Shown here piece after piece: positions 36,928 through 46,404 of a stretch of DNA of 64,000 bases. Where the stretch lies: contig JAYZAY010000064.1 of the NCBI GenBank assembly GCA_036339465.1, forward strand, positions 21,664-85,663, written 5' to 3'. The DNA is from Myxococcota bacterium. GTDB taxonomy: Bacteria; Myxococcota; XYA12-FULL-58-9; JABJBS01. Below the pieces are notes generated by a model. That model worked only from the letters and a program-made list of their open reading frames with translations. It was not told the origin of the DNA and searched no databases. Positions within the stretch are counted from its first letter, which is position 1, and every line of letters begins with the position of its first letter. Both the position numbers and the translations under genes were made by a program.

Positions 36928-39001
36928 AATAATAAGCTCCCAAAAAACGCCTTATATTGCAGATTATATTGCAGATGAGGTGCCCAACTTAAGGACACAC
37001 CTGCTACCGTCAAGGGGCTGATACTCTAGCTGTCAGCCCCGTCAACCCCAATCTTTTTGTTGCACCTGAACAAAAGCAAACCACCATGGCAGCCCTTGGG
37101 TTCCGAGACACTGATTTCATGGAGAACCTTGTTAGTAAAGAATTACTTTTCTCGAAAATTCAGATGGTTAAAGGACTCTGAAATCCCCATCGAATCAGCA
37201 TCTCGACCAAAAGCACCTAGGCCATGGCGCATTCCAAAAATTGGATTCGGTCACGATTTTAAGTCCTTTTCCCCATGGCACCGCACAAAACATGGGAAGA
37301 AACGGATTCCTATCCATCCAATCAATCAATTCTGAATTAAACAGCGCAGCAACACCCCACATGACCCACATGACTGGCCATATTCTACCCCCTGAAACTC
37401 TGAGTTCGAATCCGTTCAAGAGCGAGAAAGCCGACCATAAGCGCCCAAGTGAGAAAGCTCAGTGAATGAAGTCATTGCCTCACTTCTCGAAAGTCGTTGT
37501 GAACCCTCTATCCAAACCACCATCTCAGAATAATCGGAAATTCTACTCTTCAGCACACAAAACCGAAAAACGATTGCCATAAAGGCAAGAAGACCTCAAC
37601 AAAGCCAAAAGCCCCCTTGTCATCTAGGAGTAACACCCACCCAGCTGTAGAGAGAATAAACGCGCCATGAATTCCGAATGTGCCACATAGAATTATCCGG
37701 GTCATAGCCATTAGGAAAACGCCCGCAGACAATTAAATTAAAAAATCATCGGACATCACCATCATCCCCATGAACAAAGCCACATTCAATAACCTCGCTT
37801 AGGGGCATTCATAAAAGGGAGTTTAGGTTCAGTTCCACAATAAATGTCAAAAGAAGAAGAAGGGAATGGCCCATACTCGTTGTCCTCACCAATAATCTTC
37901 TTTTGAGGAAGAGCGAAGACCTACATCAATGACATCGGCCGGATGATTCTCGTAATAGATGAAGCCTCCAATGACTGAAAAACGCGCTATTATATCCCAA
38001 AATCGACACTAATTATTGGTCATAAGATCGCGGGCTTAATATGTTCTAAAAAGGATTGACCGAAAGAGATACTCCATTCAGCACCGACACAGATTTACTC
38101 CGACCAACGATGCATTCCAATCCGAAATCAACCGACATTTTACTTTGCCCCCAAACAAAGAGAGTAAAACTCGCAAACTCGCCATGCCTACTACTCCTGG
38201 TCCTAAAGTTGAGACGTCGTATCAAGAGCCGGACTTCCTGGCTAAATTGGTTTGGCAGCAATACGAGAGCCCCAAATTAAATCGGAATACGACACCTCAT
38301 TCTCAAAGAAGCAACAATTAAATCACTCTCTAGACAATTCGTTACACCTTATCGCAATAGGCATCTGCACCCCCCATCGCCTTGGGAAAAGCGACAAAAT
38401 AGATCAACTTCCCCGACTCCTTATCCGCCCCCAAAAATTTCCTGAATCAAGAAAAAGACCAAGATTTGAGTCACCCAAGCGTCACTCTGCGTCAATTCTG
38501 AAACCGAAACACGAAGTATTTCAACTTAACTTTTGTCGTAAACACAAATGCCACCATCACCCTCATTAACTTGGGACAACTCTCTCCAATCGCCGTACCT
38601 TTGAGCAAAGAATGACAAGAGAAACAACGCCCACCCCAATCATTCCACAAACCCCAAGTAGTAGGTTGCCATAAATTCGGCCACCTTAACTAAATCCTGA
38701 AAATAAAACGGAATTGGCATGTTGGGATTGTTGCATTATCGAGCATTGTGGTTAATGATTCTCTTATGATAATCACATGCACCCAAAATGCGAGGATAAT
38801 CGAAGTAGGGACTTTGATTAAAAACATTTACGGTGAAAAGAGGAAAAGCTCGAGCCATCTTACAAATCTCAATAACAGCTCTTTGAGGACCGACCTTGAG
38901 CTTAATCAAGACATCTGTTCAGGAAGATTTTTTATGAGGGGTGATGATAAGTCTTGGAATCGGAATTTTCCTGTTCTCAGTGATTGTTTCAAAATCCTGT
39001 T

Positions 39002-39030
39002 TTGCTTGTAATTCAGGAGAAGAGTATAAG
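39002..39030 (+). promoter_or_regulatory. Possible sigma70 promoter for the H1-like/Fis gene
   Basis: TTGCTT-17 nt-TATAAG; imperfect match. Confidence 0.3.
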
Positions 39031-39152
39031 AATAGTGCTCGCCACACAGGTGGTGATCCACGAAAGGAAAATTGGGGCCTAGGCATAATGCCTTAAGTTT
39101 CGTTTTTCGACCTCTCGCTTGCATAGACAGGCGATAACAAGGGAGTTTAGAG

Positions 39153-39590
39153 TTGGCAGCTAAGAAAAAGAAACCAGCAGCAAAGAAACCAGCAGCAAAG
39201 AAACCTGCAGCAAAGAAACCTGCAGCAAAGAAACCTGCTGCAAAGAAACCAGCAGCAAAGAAACCTGCAGCAAAGAAACCTGCTGCTAAGAAAAAGGTAG
39301 CGGCGAAGAAGCCTGCTGCCAAGAAAAAGGTAGCGGCGAAGCAGCCTGCTAAGAAAGCAGCAGCTAACCGAGCACCGACTTTGACCAAGAAAAACTTCAA
39401 GTGGGATGAGGGACTGACTGGCAAATCTAAGTCACGTAAGACTCCATTTGATACCATGGATCAAGTGGAGGCAAAGCATATCAAGTCTGTGCTTGATGCT
39501 TACGGCGGAGATATTCAAAGAACTGGGCTTGCTCTTGGAATTGCCCGGTCCACTGTCTACCGAAAAATGAAGCGTTATAAGCTTCGCTAG
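39153..39590 (+). CDS. Histone H1-like (PAAKK)n protein fused to a Fis-type HTH
   Basis: TTG start with gggag RBS; 8 tandem PAAKK units plus variants; C-terminus MDQVEAKHIKSVLDAYGGDIQRTGLALGIARSTVYRKMKRY fits the HTH_8 pattern. Confidence 0.88.
   Translation: MAAKKKKPAAKKPAAKKPAAKKPAAKKPAAKKPAAKKPAAKKPAAKKKVAAKKPAAKKKVAAKQPAKKAAANRAPTLTKKNFKWDEGLTGKSKSRKTPFDTMDQVEAKHIKSVLDAYGGDIQRTGLALGIARSTVYRKMKRYKLR
39174..39293 (+). repeat. 15-bp coding tandem repeat x8 (PAAKK)
   Basis: cc(a/t)gc(a/t)gc(a/t)aagaaa units varying only at synonymous positions. Confidence 0.95.
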
Positions 39591-39747
39591 AACCCTAACC
39601 TACTGTTTTTATTAAGTAAGCCTCCTATTTCACCGCCTCATTTCCGCGCGCACAACTTCCTGGTGACAAACCCTGGAGTTTTCTGCATAAGTCTATCTCA
39701 AAATAGCGCCCCTTCTTCATTCGATGTAAGGGTAAGGAGGTAGACGC

Positions 39748-40575
39748 ATGTCTCAAGACCAAACAGAACTAAAAAGGCGAATCGACGAAGCCTTCCAAAA
39801 TAGGGATCTACTTCAAAGCTCCGAATACGTAGAGGCCATCCAACAAACAGTTGCTCTCCTAGACCGAGGGCATCTCCGAATAGCAACACCGACTGACGAT
39901 GACTGGAAGGTCCACACATGGCTTAAGAAAGCGGTTCTCCTTTACTTTGTAACCGCCAAAATGGAAACCATGGAGCTAGGGCCTTTCGAGTTTTTTGATA
40001 AGATTCCCCTTAAACGCAATTTAAAGGAGCAAGGCATTCGCGTCGTTCCCCCGGGAACAGCCCGATTTGGTTCTCACCTTGAGCCTGGTGCCGTTCTCAT
40101 GCCTGGTTACGTAAATATTGGTGCCTACATCGGAGCACATACGATGGTGGATACTTGGGCAACCGTCGGTTCATGTGCGCAAATCGGGAAAAGCGTCCAC
40201 CTGTCTGGAGGAGTAGGCATCGGTGGAGTATTAGAGCCACCACAAGCCGCCCCCGTCATCATTGAAGACAACGCATTCATCGGCTCACGCTGTATCGTCG
40301 TCGAGGGCGTCCGCATAGGCCAGGCCGCAGTTCTCGGCGCCGGCGTAACACTCACAGCATCAACCCCCATCATCGACGTTACGGGCCCCCACGAAAAGGT
40401 CATGAAGGGACGCGTACCGCCCAGAAGTGTCGTGGTTCCTGGAAGTAGACCGAAAAAATTTCCCGCTGGCGAATACCTCATGCCATGCGCGCTTATCATT
40501 GGTGAGCGCCGTCAAAGCACGGACGAAAAAACCTCACTCAATGATGTTCTCCGGGAATTTGAATTGCAGATCTAG
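39748..40575 (+). CDS. dapD: Tetrahydrodipicolinate N-succinyltransferase
   Basis: WLKKAVLLYF, FFDKIP, RVVPP, VNIGAY, MVDTWATVGSCAQIG, LSGGVGIGGVLEP. Confidence 0.97.
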   Translation: MSQDQTELKRRIDEAFQNRDLLQSSEYVEAIQQTVALLDRGHLRIATPTDDDWKVHTWLKKAVLLYFVTAKMETMELGPFEFFDKIPLKRNLKEQGIRVVPPGTARFGSHLEPGAVLMPGYVNIGAYIGAHTMVDTWATVGSCAQIGKSVHLSGGVGIGGVLEPPQAAPVIIEDNAFIGSRCIVVEGVRIGQAAVLGAGVTLTASTPIIDVTGPHEKVMKGRVPPRSVVVPGSRPKKFPAGEYLMPCALIIGERRQSTDEKTSLNDVLREFELQI

Positions 40576-40679
40576 ACACGAGGCAAGATTGTTGAACCAT
40601 GACCTCGTCTTCTGTGAAAGCGTCGAGAACCATCAAACAGCGGATCCAATAGACCCCAAAAAGCTCCAAATGGTATGCG

Positions 40680-41717
40680 ATGAATAGCCACTATCTAAAG
40701 ACCGAAATCGGTCAAATCGAGACTCTCTTCACCACTGCACCCCAACCAGAGGACTGGCTCCGAAAATTGGGCATGTCTCAACCACCTCCCATCAGCTTTC
40801 ATCCTCAGGCCCTTGTACTCGGCAGCCTAAAAACACAAAAACCAACCATCGGGCTTGTTGTGCCACTGTACAATAACAACCTTTCCGACTCTCTCGACAA
40901 TTTCCTCGACTCCAGTAATTTTGGACACCTAGCATCAGCACTGGCCCTACTCCGCTGGGCTAACAGTCAAGCCGACCTCCCAATTCGACCCGTTGTCATA
41001 CCCTACCTAGAAAATCCCAATAACAACCAGTCTCCCTTGGAAAACCTCTTTCAAAAACAAAGAGATTTGAATCATCTAGATTTGGCACTAGTCCTGCACC
41101 CAACCGGAGGAAGACTGTGGTTGGGCTCAAAAAGCGAAGCTAGATTCAAACTAGAATACCAAGGAAACGAGGCAACGGGTACAGCCACACCTTTTTCTCA
41201 CCTTGAAAAAGTCGCGGCACTACTCTCAAAATTGGCACTAGAGCTCAAACATCCCCCCCATGAACGAAACGAGTTCGAAGACCAAAGCAGTGATATAAGC
41301 CTTCATCGAATCGAGACCGGGCCCACCAACCAGGCGAGCCACTGTCCTACCACCTTTTCCCTGACACTTACATGTAGACTCCCTGCCACAACATCCCATT
41401 TTCGACTTGAAGAATGGATTCAAAGCCACTTGGGCAAAAAACTTGGGCCAAGTAGCCACCAACTTAGATTTATCCCGGGCTTCAAGGGCGCATTACAACA
41501 TCCCCTAGTCAAACAATGGGTCCGACGACAAGGGCTCAAAGCACTCGATGCAAAATCATGGAGCCCCACCGCCTACCTTCAACAATTTGACATCGATACC
41601 TTCGCCTTCGGTGTCAAGAAATCAACAAAAGACGGAAATCGCAAAGCTCCCTATTTCGAATTGTTTAGAGTATTACGGGAACTCTTTGACTCGCCACTCG
41701 AAGACTTTGCCTCCTAA
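40680..41717 (+). CDS. DapE/M20-fold protein with degenerate metal-binding motifs
   Basis: Follows dapD; KPTIGLV, DLALVLHPTGG.L.LG and NQASHCP..F scaffold recognisable, but the HxD, D, EE, E and H ligands are not found. Confidence 0.6.
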   Translation: MNSHYLKTEIGQIETLFTTAPQPEDWLRKLGMSQPPPISFHPQALVLGSLKTQKPTIGLVVPLYNNNLSDSLDNFLDSSNFGHLASALALLRWANSQADLPIRPVVIPYLENPNNNQSPLENLFQKQRDLNHLDLALVLHPTGGRLWLGSKSEARFKLEYQGNEATGTATPFSHLEKVAALLSKLALELKHPPHERNEFEDQSSDISLHRIETGPTNQASHCPTTFSLTLTCRLPATTSHFRLEEWIQSHLGKKLGPSSHQLRFIPGFKGALQHPLVKQWVRRQGLKALDAKSWSPTAYLQQFDIDTFAFGVKKSTKDGNRKAPYFELFRVLRELFDSPLEDFAS

Positions 41718-41792
41718 AAAACGGGATTCGATGAAAGCGCTCCCAACAATAGCCGGCAGGAAAACGAACGGCCAATTACAAAAGGACAAAAT

Positions 41793-42425
41793 ATCAAAGT
41801 CCCCAAACTACACATCATCCTCGATACAAACTCTACCCCCAGCCTATCGTATTTGGAGCTAGCCCGAAAATGCCTAAGAGGACAAGCTCCCTTAATCCAA
41901 TATAGGAATAAATCACAACACGACATGACTGTTATTGCTTCAGAACTCAAAGAGATTGCACAACTTTGCGAAGCGTTTACAGCGACCTGCGTCATCAACG
42001 ACCACCCCCACCTCGCAAGTAACATCCTTGGGGTTGGTGCCCACGTTGGCCAAGCGGATATGTCTCCACAGCTCGCACGAACCAAGCTCGGTGCCAATCG
42101 ATTGTTGGGATACACCATCAATACGCGAAGGCAACTGCTGCATTTATCTGGGGGCGATGTTGATTACATTGGGGTAGGCCCGGTCTTCGAAACCAATTCC
42201 AAAGCCAAGCCCGCCCCAACCCTCGGACTCAAGGAATTGGAAAAAATAGTCAAAGTGAGTCCAGTTCCTGTCATTGCCATTGGGGGAATCACACCAAACC
42301 GAGTGGCGCCAGTCCTAAATACAGGCGCGCACGGTATCGCAATTCTCTCAGGGATCTGTGGGCACCCGGATCCCACAGAGGCCACCAGGAATTTCATGGA
42401 ATCCATTCGGATCACCGATTCCTAG
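41793..42425 (+). CDS. thiE: Thiamine-phosphate synthase (start codon non-canonical or uncertain)
   Basis: IQYRNK, INDH, GAHVGQAD, DYIGVGPVFETNSK, AIGGI; the first strand (KLHIILD) lies in frame upstream of the TTG at 41853. Confidence 0.88.
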   Translation: MKVPKLHIILDTNSTPSLSYLELARKCLRGQAPLIQYRNKSQHDMTVIASELKEIAQLCEAFTATCVINDHPHLASNILGVGAHVGQADMSPQLARTKLGANRLLGYTINTRRQLLHLSGGDVDYIGVGPVFETNSKAKPAPTLGLKELEKIVKVSPVPVIAIGGITPNRVAPVLNTGAHGIAILSGICGHPDPTEATRNFMESIRITDS

Positions 42426-42443
42426 GGGCTAGGGAGACTATAT

Positions 42444-43577
42444 ATGAACACAATTCAGACAGATCTTCTTATTCTCGGCGGTGGAATCACCGGATTGAGC
42501 ATCGCGTGGGAAGCACAAAAAGCGAATTTACGAACAACCCTTGTATCAACATCCAGGAGTGGCGCCGCGACCATAGCCGCAGGGGGAATGTTAACACCTT
42601 CTGCTGAAGCAGAGACCGCATCACCATCCTTAATCGAAATGGCACTACAAAGCTGCCGAGAATACCCTACCTTTATTTCCGAAATAGAAGAAGCAAGCGG
42701 TTTAGATTGCGATTACCGAACCCACGGCACATCAATGCTGGCGCTGCGTCAAGACCATCTAGGCGATCTGGAATATTTGAAACGCGCTCAAGAAAGACTG
42801 GGACTTCGTGCTGAAATGCTCACCGCCAAAGAGATGAAAAATCGTGAACCACATCTCGGAGCTAAGCAAAGAGGTGGCCTAGTCGCCCACAATGACCACC
42901 ACGTCAATCCAACCAAGCTACAAATTGCCCTCAAAGAGGCGTTGCGAAAATTGCATTGCCCTATTTTGGATATCAACTCTTCCGAATCAATCAAGCGACT
43001 GGGTGAGACAACCTTTAAAATTCACGCCGGTCAAAGCAACCGCGAACTCCTCATCCATACCCAAGAAACCGTGGTCGCCGAGGGCGTATGGTCCAACAAA
43101 GATTGGGCGGAGTTAGAATTCCTTCCTCTTCGCGCCATAAAGGGCCAATTTATCCGAATAAAAAACGCCCCTGCCCTCAGAAGCGTCATCCGAACCCCCG
43201 ATGTTTACCTCGTGCCACGACATGGACAGGAACTCTATATTGGCGCAAGTTCAGATGAAGTGGGGCTCGATCCCAAGCTGCAAACCGGCAACGTCATGGA
43301 ACTTCTCTGGCACAGTTGGCAGGCCGTGCCCGGTTTATATGAAAGTGAAATTATGGAACTCGGATCGGGATTTCGCCCCGCACTACCCGACCATGAACCA
43401 GCCATCGGGAGAGTCACCGACAACCTTTTAGTCGCCACCGGACATTTTCGACATGGAATTATGCTCGCTCCAGCAAGTGCTAAAAGCATCGTTTCCCTTG
43501 TCACGAGAGGTCCAAGCACCATAGATATAGCCGCGCTAGATCCAGCTCGCTTTAAACGAGGAAAGGAATACCCATGA
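42444..43577 (+). CDS. thiO: Glycine oxidase
   Basis: GGGITG, AAGGML, VYLVPR, GFRP, ATGHFRHGIMLAP; thi operon context. Confidence 0.92.
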   Translation: MNTIQTDLLILGGGITGLSIAWEAQKANLRTTLVSTSRSGAATIAAGGMLTPSAEAETASPSLIEMALQSCREYPTFISEIEEASGLDCDYRTHGTSMLALRQDHLGDLEYLKRAQERLGLRAEMLTAKEMKNREPHLGAKQRGGLVAHNDHHVNPTKLQIALKEALRKLHCPILDINSSESIKRLGETTFKIHAGQSNRELLIHTQETVVAEGVWSNKDWAELEFLPLRAIKGQFIRIKNAPALRSVIRTPDVYLVPRHGQELYIGASSDEVGLDPKLQTGNVMELLWHSWQAVPGLYESEIMELGSGFRPALPDHEPAIGRVTDNLLVATGHFRHGIMLAPASAKSIVSLVTRGPSTIDIAALDPARFKRGKEYP

Positions 43578-43780
43578 TTCTCAGAATTAATGGAATGCCC
43601 ATGGAATACGAAAATGACCTCACACTTCTTGAGGTCATCCAACAACAAACCGGACAAAAGCAATTTGATGGTATGGCGGTCGCTCTCAACGGAGAGGTGA
43701 TCATCCGGAAAAAGTGGGAGACAACCTCACTACAAACCAAAGATAGTTTGGAAATCCTCCAAGCCGTAAGTGGAGGTTAG
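43574..43780 (+). CDS. thiS: Sulfur carrier protein
   Basis: 68 aa, AVALNGEVI, terminal VSGG. Confidence 0.95.
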   Translation: MILRINGMPMEYENDLTLLEVIQQQTGQKQFDGMAVALNGEVIIRKKWETTSLQTKDSLEILQAVSGG

Positions 43781-43782
43781 AT

Positions 43783-44589
43783 ATGATTGGAAAAGAAGAA
43801 AGCATTCGAGATGATCTTCTTAGAATTGGGGACTATGAATTTGGGTCGCGGGTATTGCTTGGAACCGCAGCCTACCCAAACCGGCAAACCATGCTCGAAT
43901 CACTCAAGGTCAGTGGGGCTGAATTGGTCACCATCTCCCTAAGACGAGTAGCCCCCAATCAACCTGGCAACCAAAGTGAAAACCTATATCGGATTCTTCG
44001 AGAGAGAGGGTTCACACTCTTACCCAATACCGCCGGCTGTTTCAGTGCACGAGAAGCCGTCATGACTGCAGAAATGGCCCGAGAGGCCTTGGGAACAGAT
44101 CTGATCAAACTTGAAGTCATCGCAGATGAAGAAACACTTTTACCCGATCCCCATGAGCTCCTTGAAGCGGCTGATACTCTTGTTCAGAAGGGTTTCACGG
44201 TTCTGCCTTATACCTCAGATGATCCCGTATTGGCCCGCAAGCTTGAAGATGCGGGTTGCGCGGCTATTATGCCCTTGGCCTCCCCCATCGGCACCGGACT
44301 GGGTATCGCAAATCCTCACAATCTATCGATCATTCGAGCCCGCACACAACTCCCCGTGGTCGTTGATGCCGGATTGGGCACAGCTTCCGACGTTACCCAA
44401 GCTTTCGAATTGGGATGTGATGCCGTCCTATTAAACACCGCCATCGCCAGGGCTGAGCACCCCATAACCATGGCAAGTGCCATTGGATACGCCGCCAAAG
44501 CCGGACGCCAAGCATACCTCGCTGGGCGTATGCCAAAGAAAACCCATGCCGAAAGTGCATCCCCTCTCCAAGGCCGGGCATGGCGCTAA
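43783..44589 (+). CDS. thiG: Thiazole synthase
   Basis: LPNTAGC, IKLEVI, MPLASPIGTGLG, VVDAGLG, VLLNTAIA. Confidence 0.97.
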   Translation: MIGKEESIRDDLLRIGDYEFGSRVLLGTAAYPNRQTMLESLKVSGAELVTISLRRVAPNQPGNQSENLYRILRERGFTLLPNTAGCFSAREAVMTAEMAREALGTDLIKLEVIADEETLLPDPHELLEAADTLVQKGFTVLPYTSDDPVLARKLEDAGCAAIMPLASPIGTGLGIANPHNLSIIRARTQLPVVVDAGLGTASDVTQAFELGCDAVLLNTAIARAEHPITMASAIGYAAKAGRQAYLAGRMPKKTHAESASPLQGRAWR

Positions 44590-45266
44590 AGGAAAAGCCA
44601 AATGGAACTACGCCGGGGGAATTGGTCATCGTCCATGAACGAGGTCAGTATCAAAACGATAAAGATTGGCTGGCACAATTAAAAGAGTTGATACCGCTCA
44701 CGCTCGATTTACCTCAAATATCCATTCAAATCCGGGATAAACGAATCGATGTATCTCAAAAAGACAAACTCCAATTAACCCTAGAAGCGAAGAAACTCGT
44801 TTTACATCGGCGCCCTGATAAATATCCCAATATTGCCTTCAACCTTTCCCTCCGAGAAGCTTCCGAACTGGGTATATCAACGGTTCATTTGTCGGAGAAA
44901 AACCTAATGCAAACAAAAGAAAAACAAGCCCTAAAAACAAAACTTCTAAGCGCCTCCATTCATTCACTCCAATCAGCGCACCATGCAAACAGAATTGGCG
45001 TTGAATACGTGATCTACGGCCCCATTTATACGCCAGCAAGCGCGCCAAAAAGAGCAACCGGTATAGAGAGCCTAAGGAAACTCACAAAATTATCCCCCCT
45101 CCCTGTCATTGCTATCGGTGGAATGAAGCCCGACCGAATCCCTGAAATTCTCGATGCAGGCGCCAGGGGCATCGGCGCAATCACCCTATTCACACAGACC
45201 GATAGGGTAGCGGCCATTGGCGAATGTTTAAACCAATTACAAATACCCCCAAAGCGAAACCCATGA
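44580..45266 (+). CDS. TenI-like / second ThiE-fold protein
   Basis: IQIRDK, VHL, SASIHS, YGPIY, PVIAIGGM; lacks the ThiE ND and T-x-S/T-K motifs. Confidence 0.75.
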   Translation: MALKEKPNGTTPGELVIVHERGQYQNDKDWLAQLKELIPLTLDLPQISIQIRDKRIDVSQKDKLQLTLEAKKLVLHRRPDKYPNIAFNLSLREASELGISTVHLSEKNLMQTKEKQALKTKLLSASIHSLQSAHHANRIGVEYVIYGPIYTPASAPKRATGIESLRKLTKLSPLPVIAIGGMKPDRIPEILDAGARGIGAITLFTQTDRVAAIGECLNQLQIPPKRNP

Positions 45267-45688
45267 AAATTATCCAAGAAACTCTCATGATTGACACCTG
45301 CCCACTGGGACAAGGGATGCACAATATATCGGCTCATATCGAGAGCATTGTCGGTAAATCACAAATCGAAACTGGCCGTTGTGATGTTTTTGTCCAACAC
45401 ACAAGTTGTTCCTTGGTCATCCAGGAAAACGCCTGTCCCGCAGCTCGAACAGACCTCGAATCATGGATCGCCAAAATCGCGCCCGAAGGAGATCCATACT
45501 ACCAACATACCCAGGAAGGTCCTGACGATATGCCAGCTCACCTTCGAAGTGCTATTACGAGTACATCTGAGTCCATTCCTATTTCACAAGGGCACCTAGC
45601 CCTCGGTACATGGCAAGGACTTTACTTATGGGAGCATCGACACCGGGGAAGTAGAAGGCGACTGGTCGTCACTATAATCGGAGCATAA
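45263..45688 (+). CDS. yjbQ: YjbQ/UPF0047 family protein (secondary thiamine-phosphate synthase family)
   Basis: FVQHTSCSL.IQEN, H..EGPDDMPAH, LGTWQG.YLWEHR; ATGA overlap with the upstream gene. Confidence 0.92.
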   Translation: MKIIQETLMIDTCPLGQGMHNISAHIESIVGKSQIETGRCDVFVQHTSCSLVIQENACPAARTDLESWIAKIAPEGDPYYQHTQEGPDDMPAHLRSAITSTSESIPISQGHLALGTWQGLYLWEHRHRGSRRRLVVTIIGA

Positions 45689-45693
45689 GCTTG

Positions 45694-46338
45694 CTAACGC
45701 TGAGTCGTATCGGCCTTCAAAACACTCACACCCTTTGGGATCTCAAAAGAGAAAAAGGAGGTCTCTAATTTTCCAGAGGCCTTAAGATCCCGAAACGAGT
45801 ACTCGGTTCGGTTCCCCAACGGATCCATCACCCAAACATCACTGAGCAATTTTCGAGTGCTGTCTACTTTCGCCAGTATCCGTTGCACATTCGGAATTAC
45901 TTTATTCGGAATCATTTCCAATACGATCGCACCAGGAGCAGCCAACTGCGCACAATCTTTTTCGCAAAGCTGGGCTCGAAAGTGCTTTTCTAAGCCAGCA
46001 CTGCCCACCAGAAGGTCAAAAATATGCACTAAGGTGCTCTGGGAAAATTCTTCAAACACTGTGACCTGGTGGCTTTTGGGCTCATAAAAATAAGCGTGGT
46101 TGCCATCAAAAACAAAGAGCTTCTGGGTGGGAGAACGGTACTCCCAACGAACTTTTCGGTCCTTTGATGCCCAAAACTTGCCCTTCTCCTCAATTCGCTT
46201 GCCCCGAATAGAGTCCACAAAAGCCTGACTGAATTCCGCCTCAAACCCAGCCAAACCAGTGAGATTTACCTGCACCTGATCCAGTAAGTCAGCGGGCGCG
46301 GTAAAGAGCAATGCCGACATCAATATTTTAACAACCAT
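45694..46338 (-). CDS. lolA: Outer-membrane lipoprotein carrier protein
   Basis: AEFSQ, KVRWEY..P..KLFVFDG, DPLGNRTEYSF, F.IPKGV; directly downstream of ftsK. Confidence 0.88.
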   Translation of the reverse strand: MVVKILMSALLFTAPADLLDQVQVNLTGLAGFEAEFSQAFVDSIRGKRIEEKGKFWASKDRKVRWEYRSPTQKLFVFDGNHAYFYEPKSHQVTVFEEFSQSTLVHIFDLLVGSAGLEKHFRAQLCEKDCAQLAAPGAIVLEMIPNKVIPNVQRILAKVDSTRKLLSDVWVMDPLGNRTEYSFRDLKASGKLETSFFSFEIPKGVSVLKADTTQR

Positions 46339-46404
46339 CCTTCAAATCCTTGTCTAAGATCTTAGACGCGGTCTATGTAGGTTGATTCAAACCGTCAAGT
46401 AGGC

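Noticed and set aside
37057..38569. Short ORFs of 60-105 aa in the gap as real genes
   Set aside because: No recognisable motifs, mostly non-ATG starts without RBS, and mutual overlaps on both strands
38713..38735. Sigma54 promoter (TTGGCAT...TTGCA)
   Set aside because: GG-to-GC spacing is not the required 10 nt
36928..39152. Replication origin in the long intergenic gap
   Set aside because: No cluster of DnaA boxes seen, no skew switch, no dnaA/gidA/parAB context
38906..39457. 183-aa minus-strand ORF with AAGFF repeats
   Set aside because: Antisense shadow of the PAAKK gene, which has the RBS and HTH domain
40599..40680. Upstream in-frame ATG and TAG suggesting amber readthrough into the DapE-like gene
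   Set aside because: The ORF from 40680 already has about the expected N-terminal length, and the extension resembles nothing
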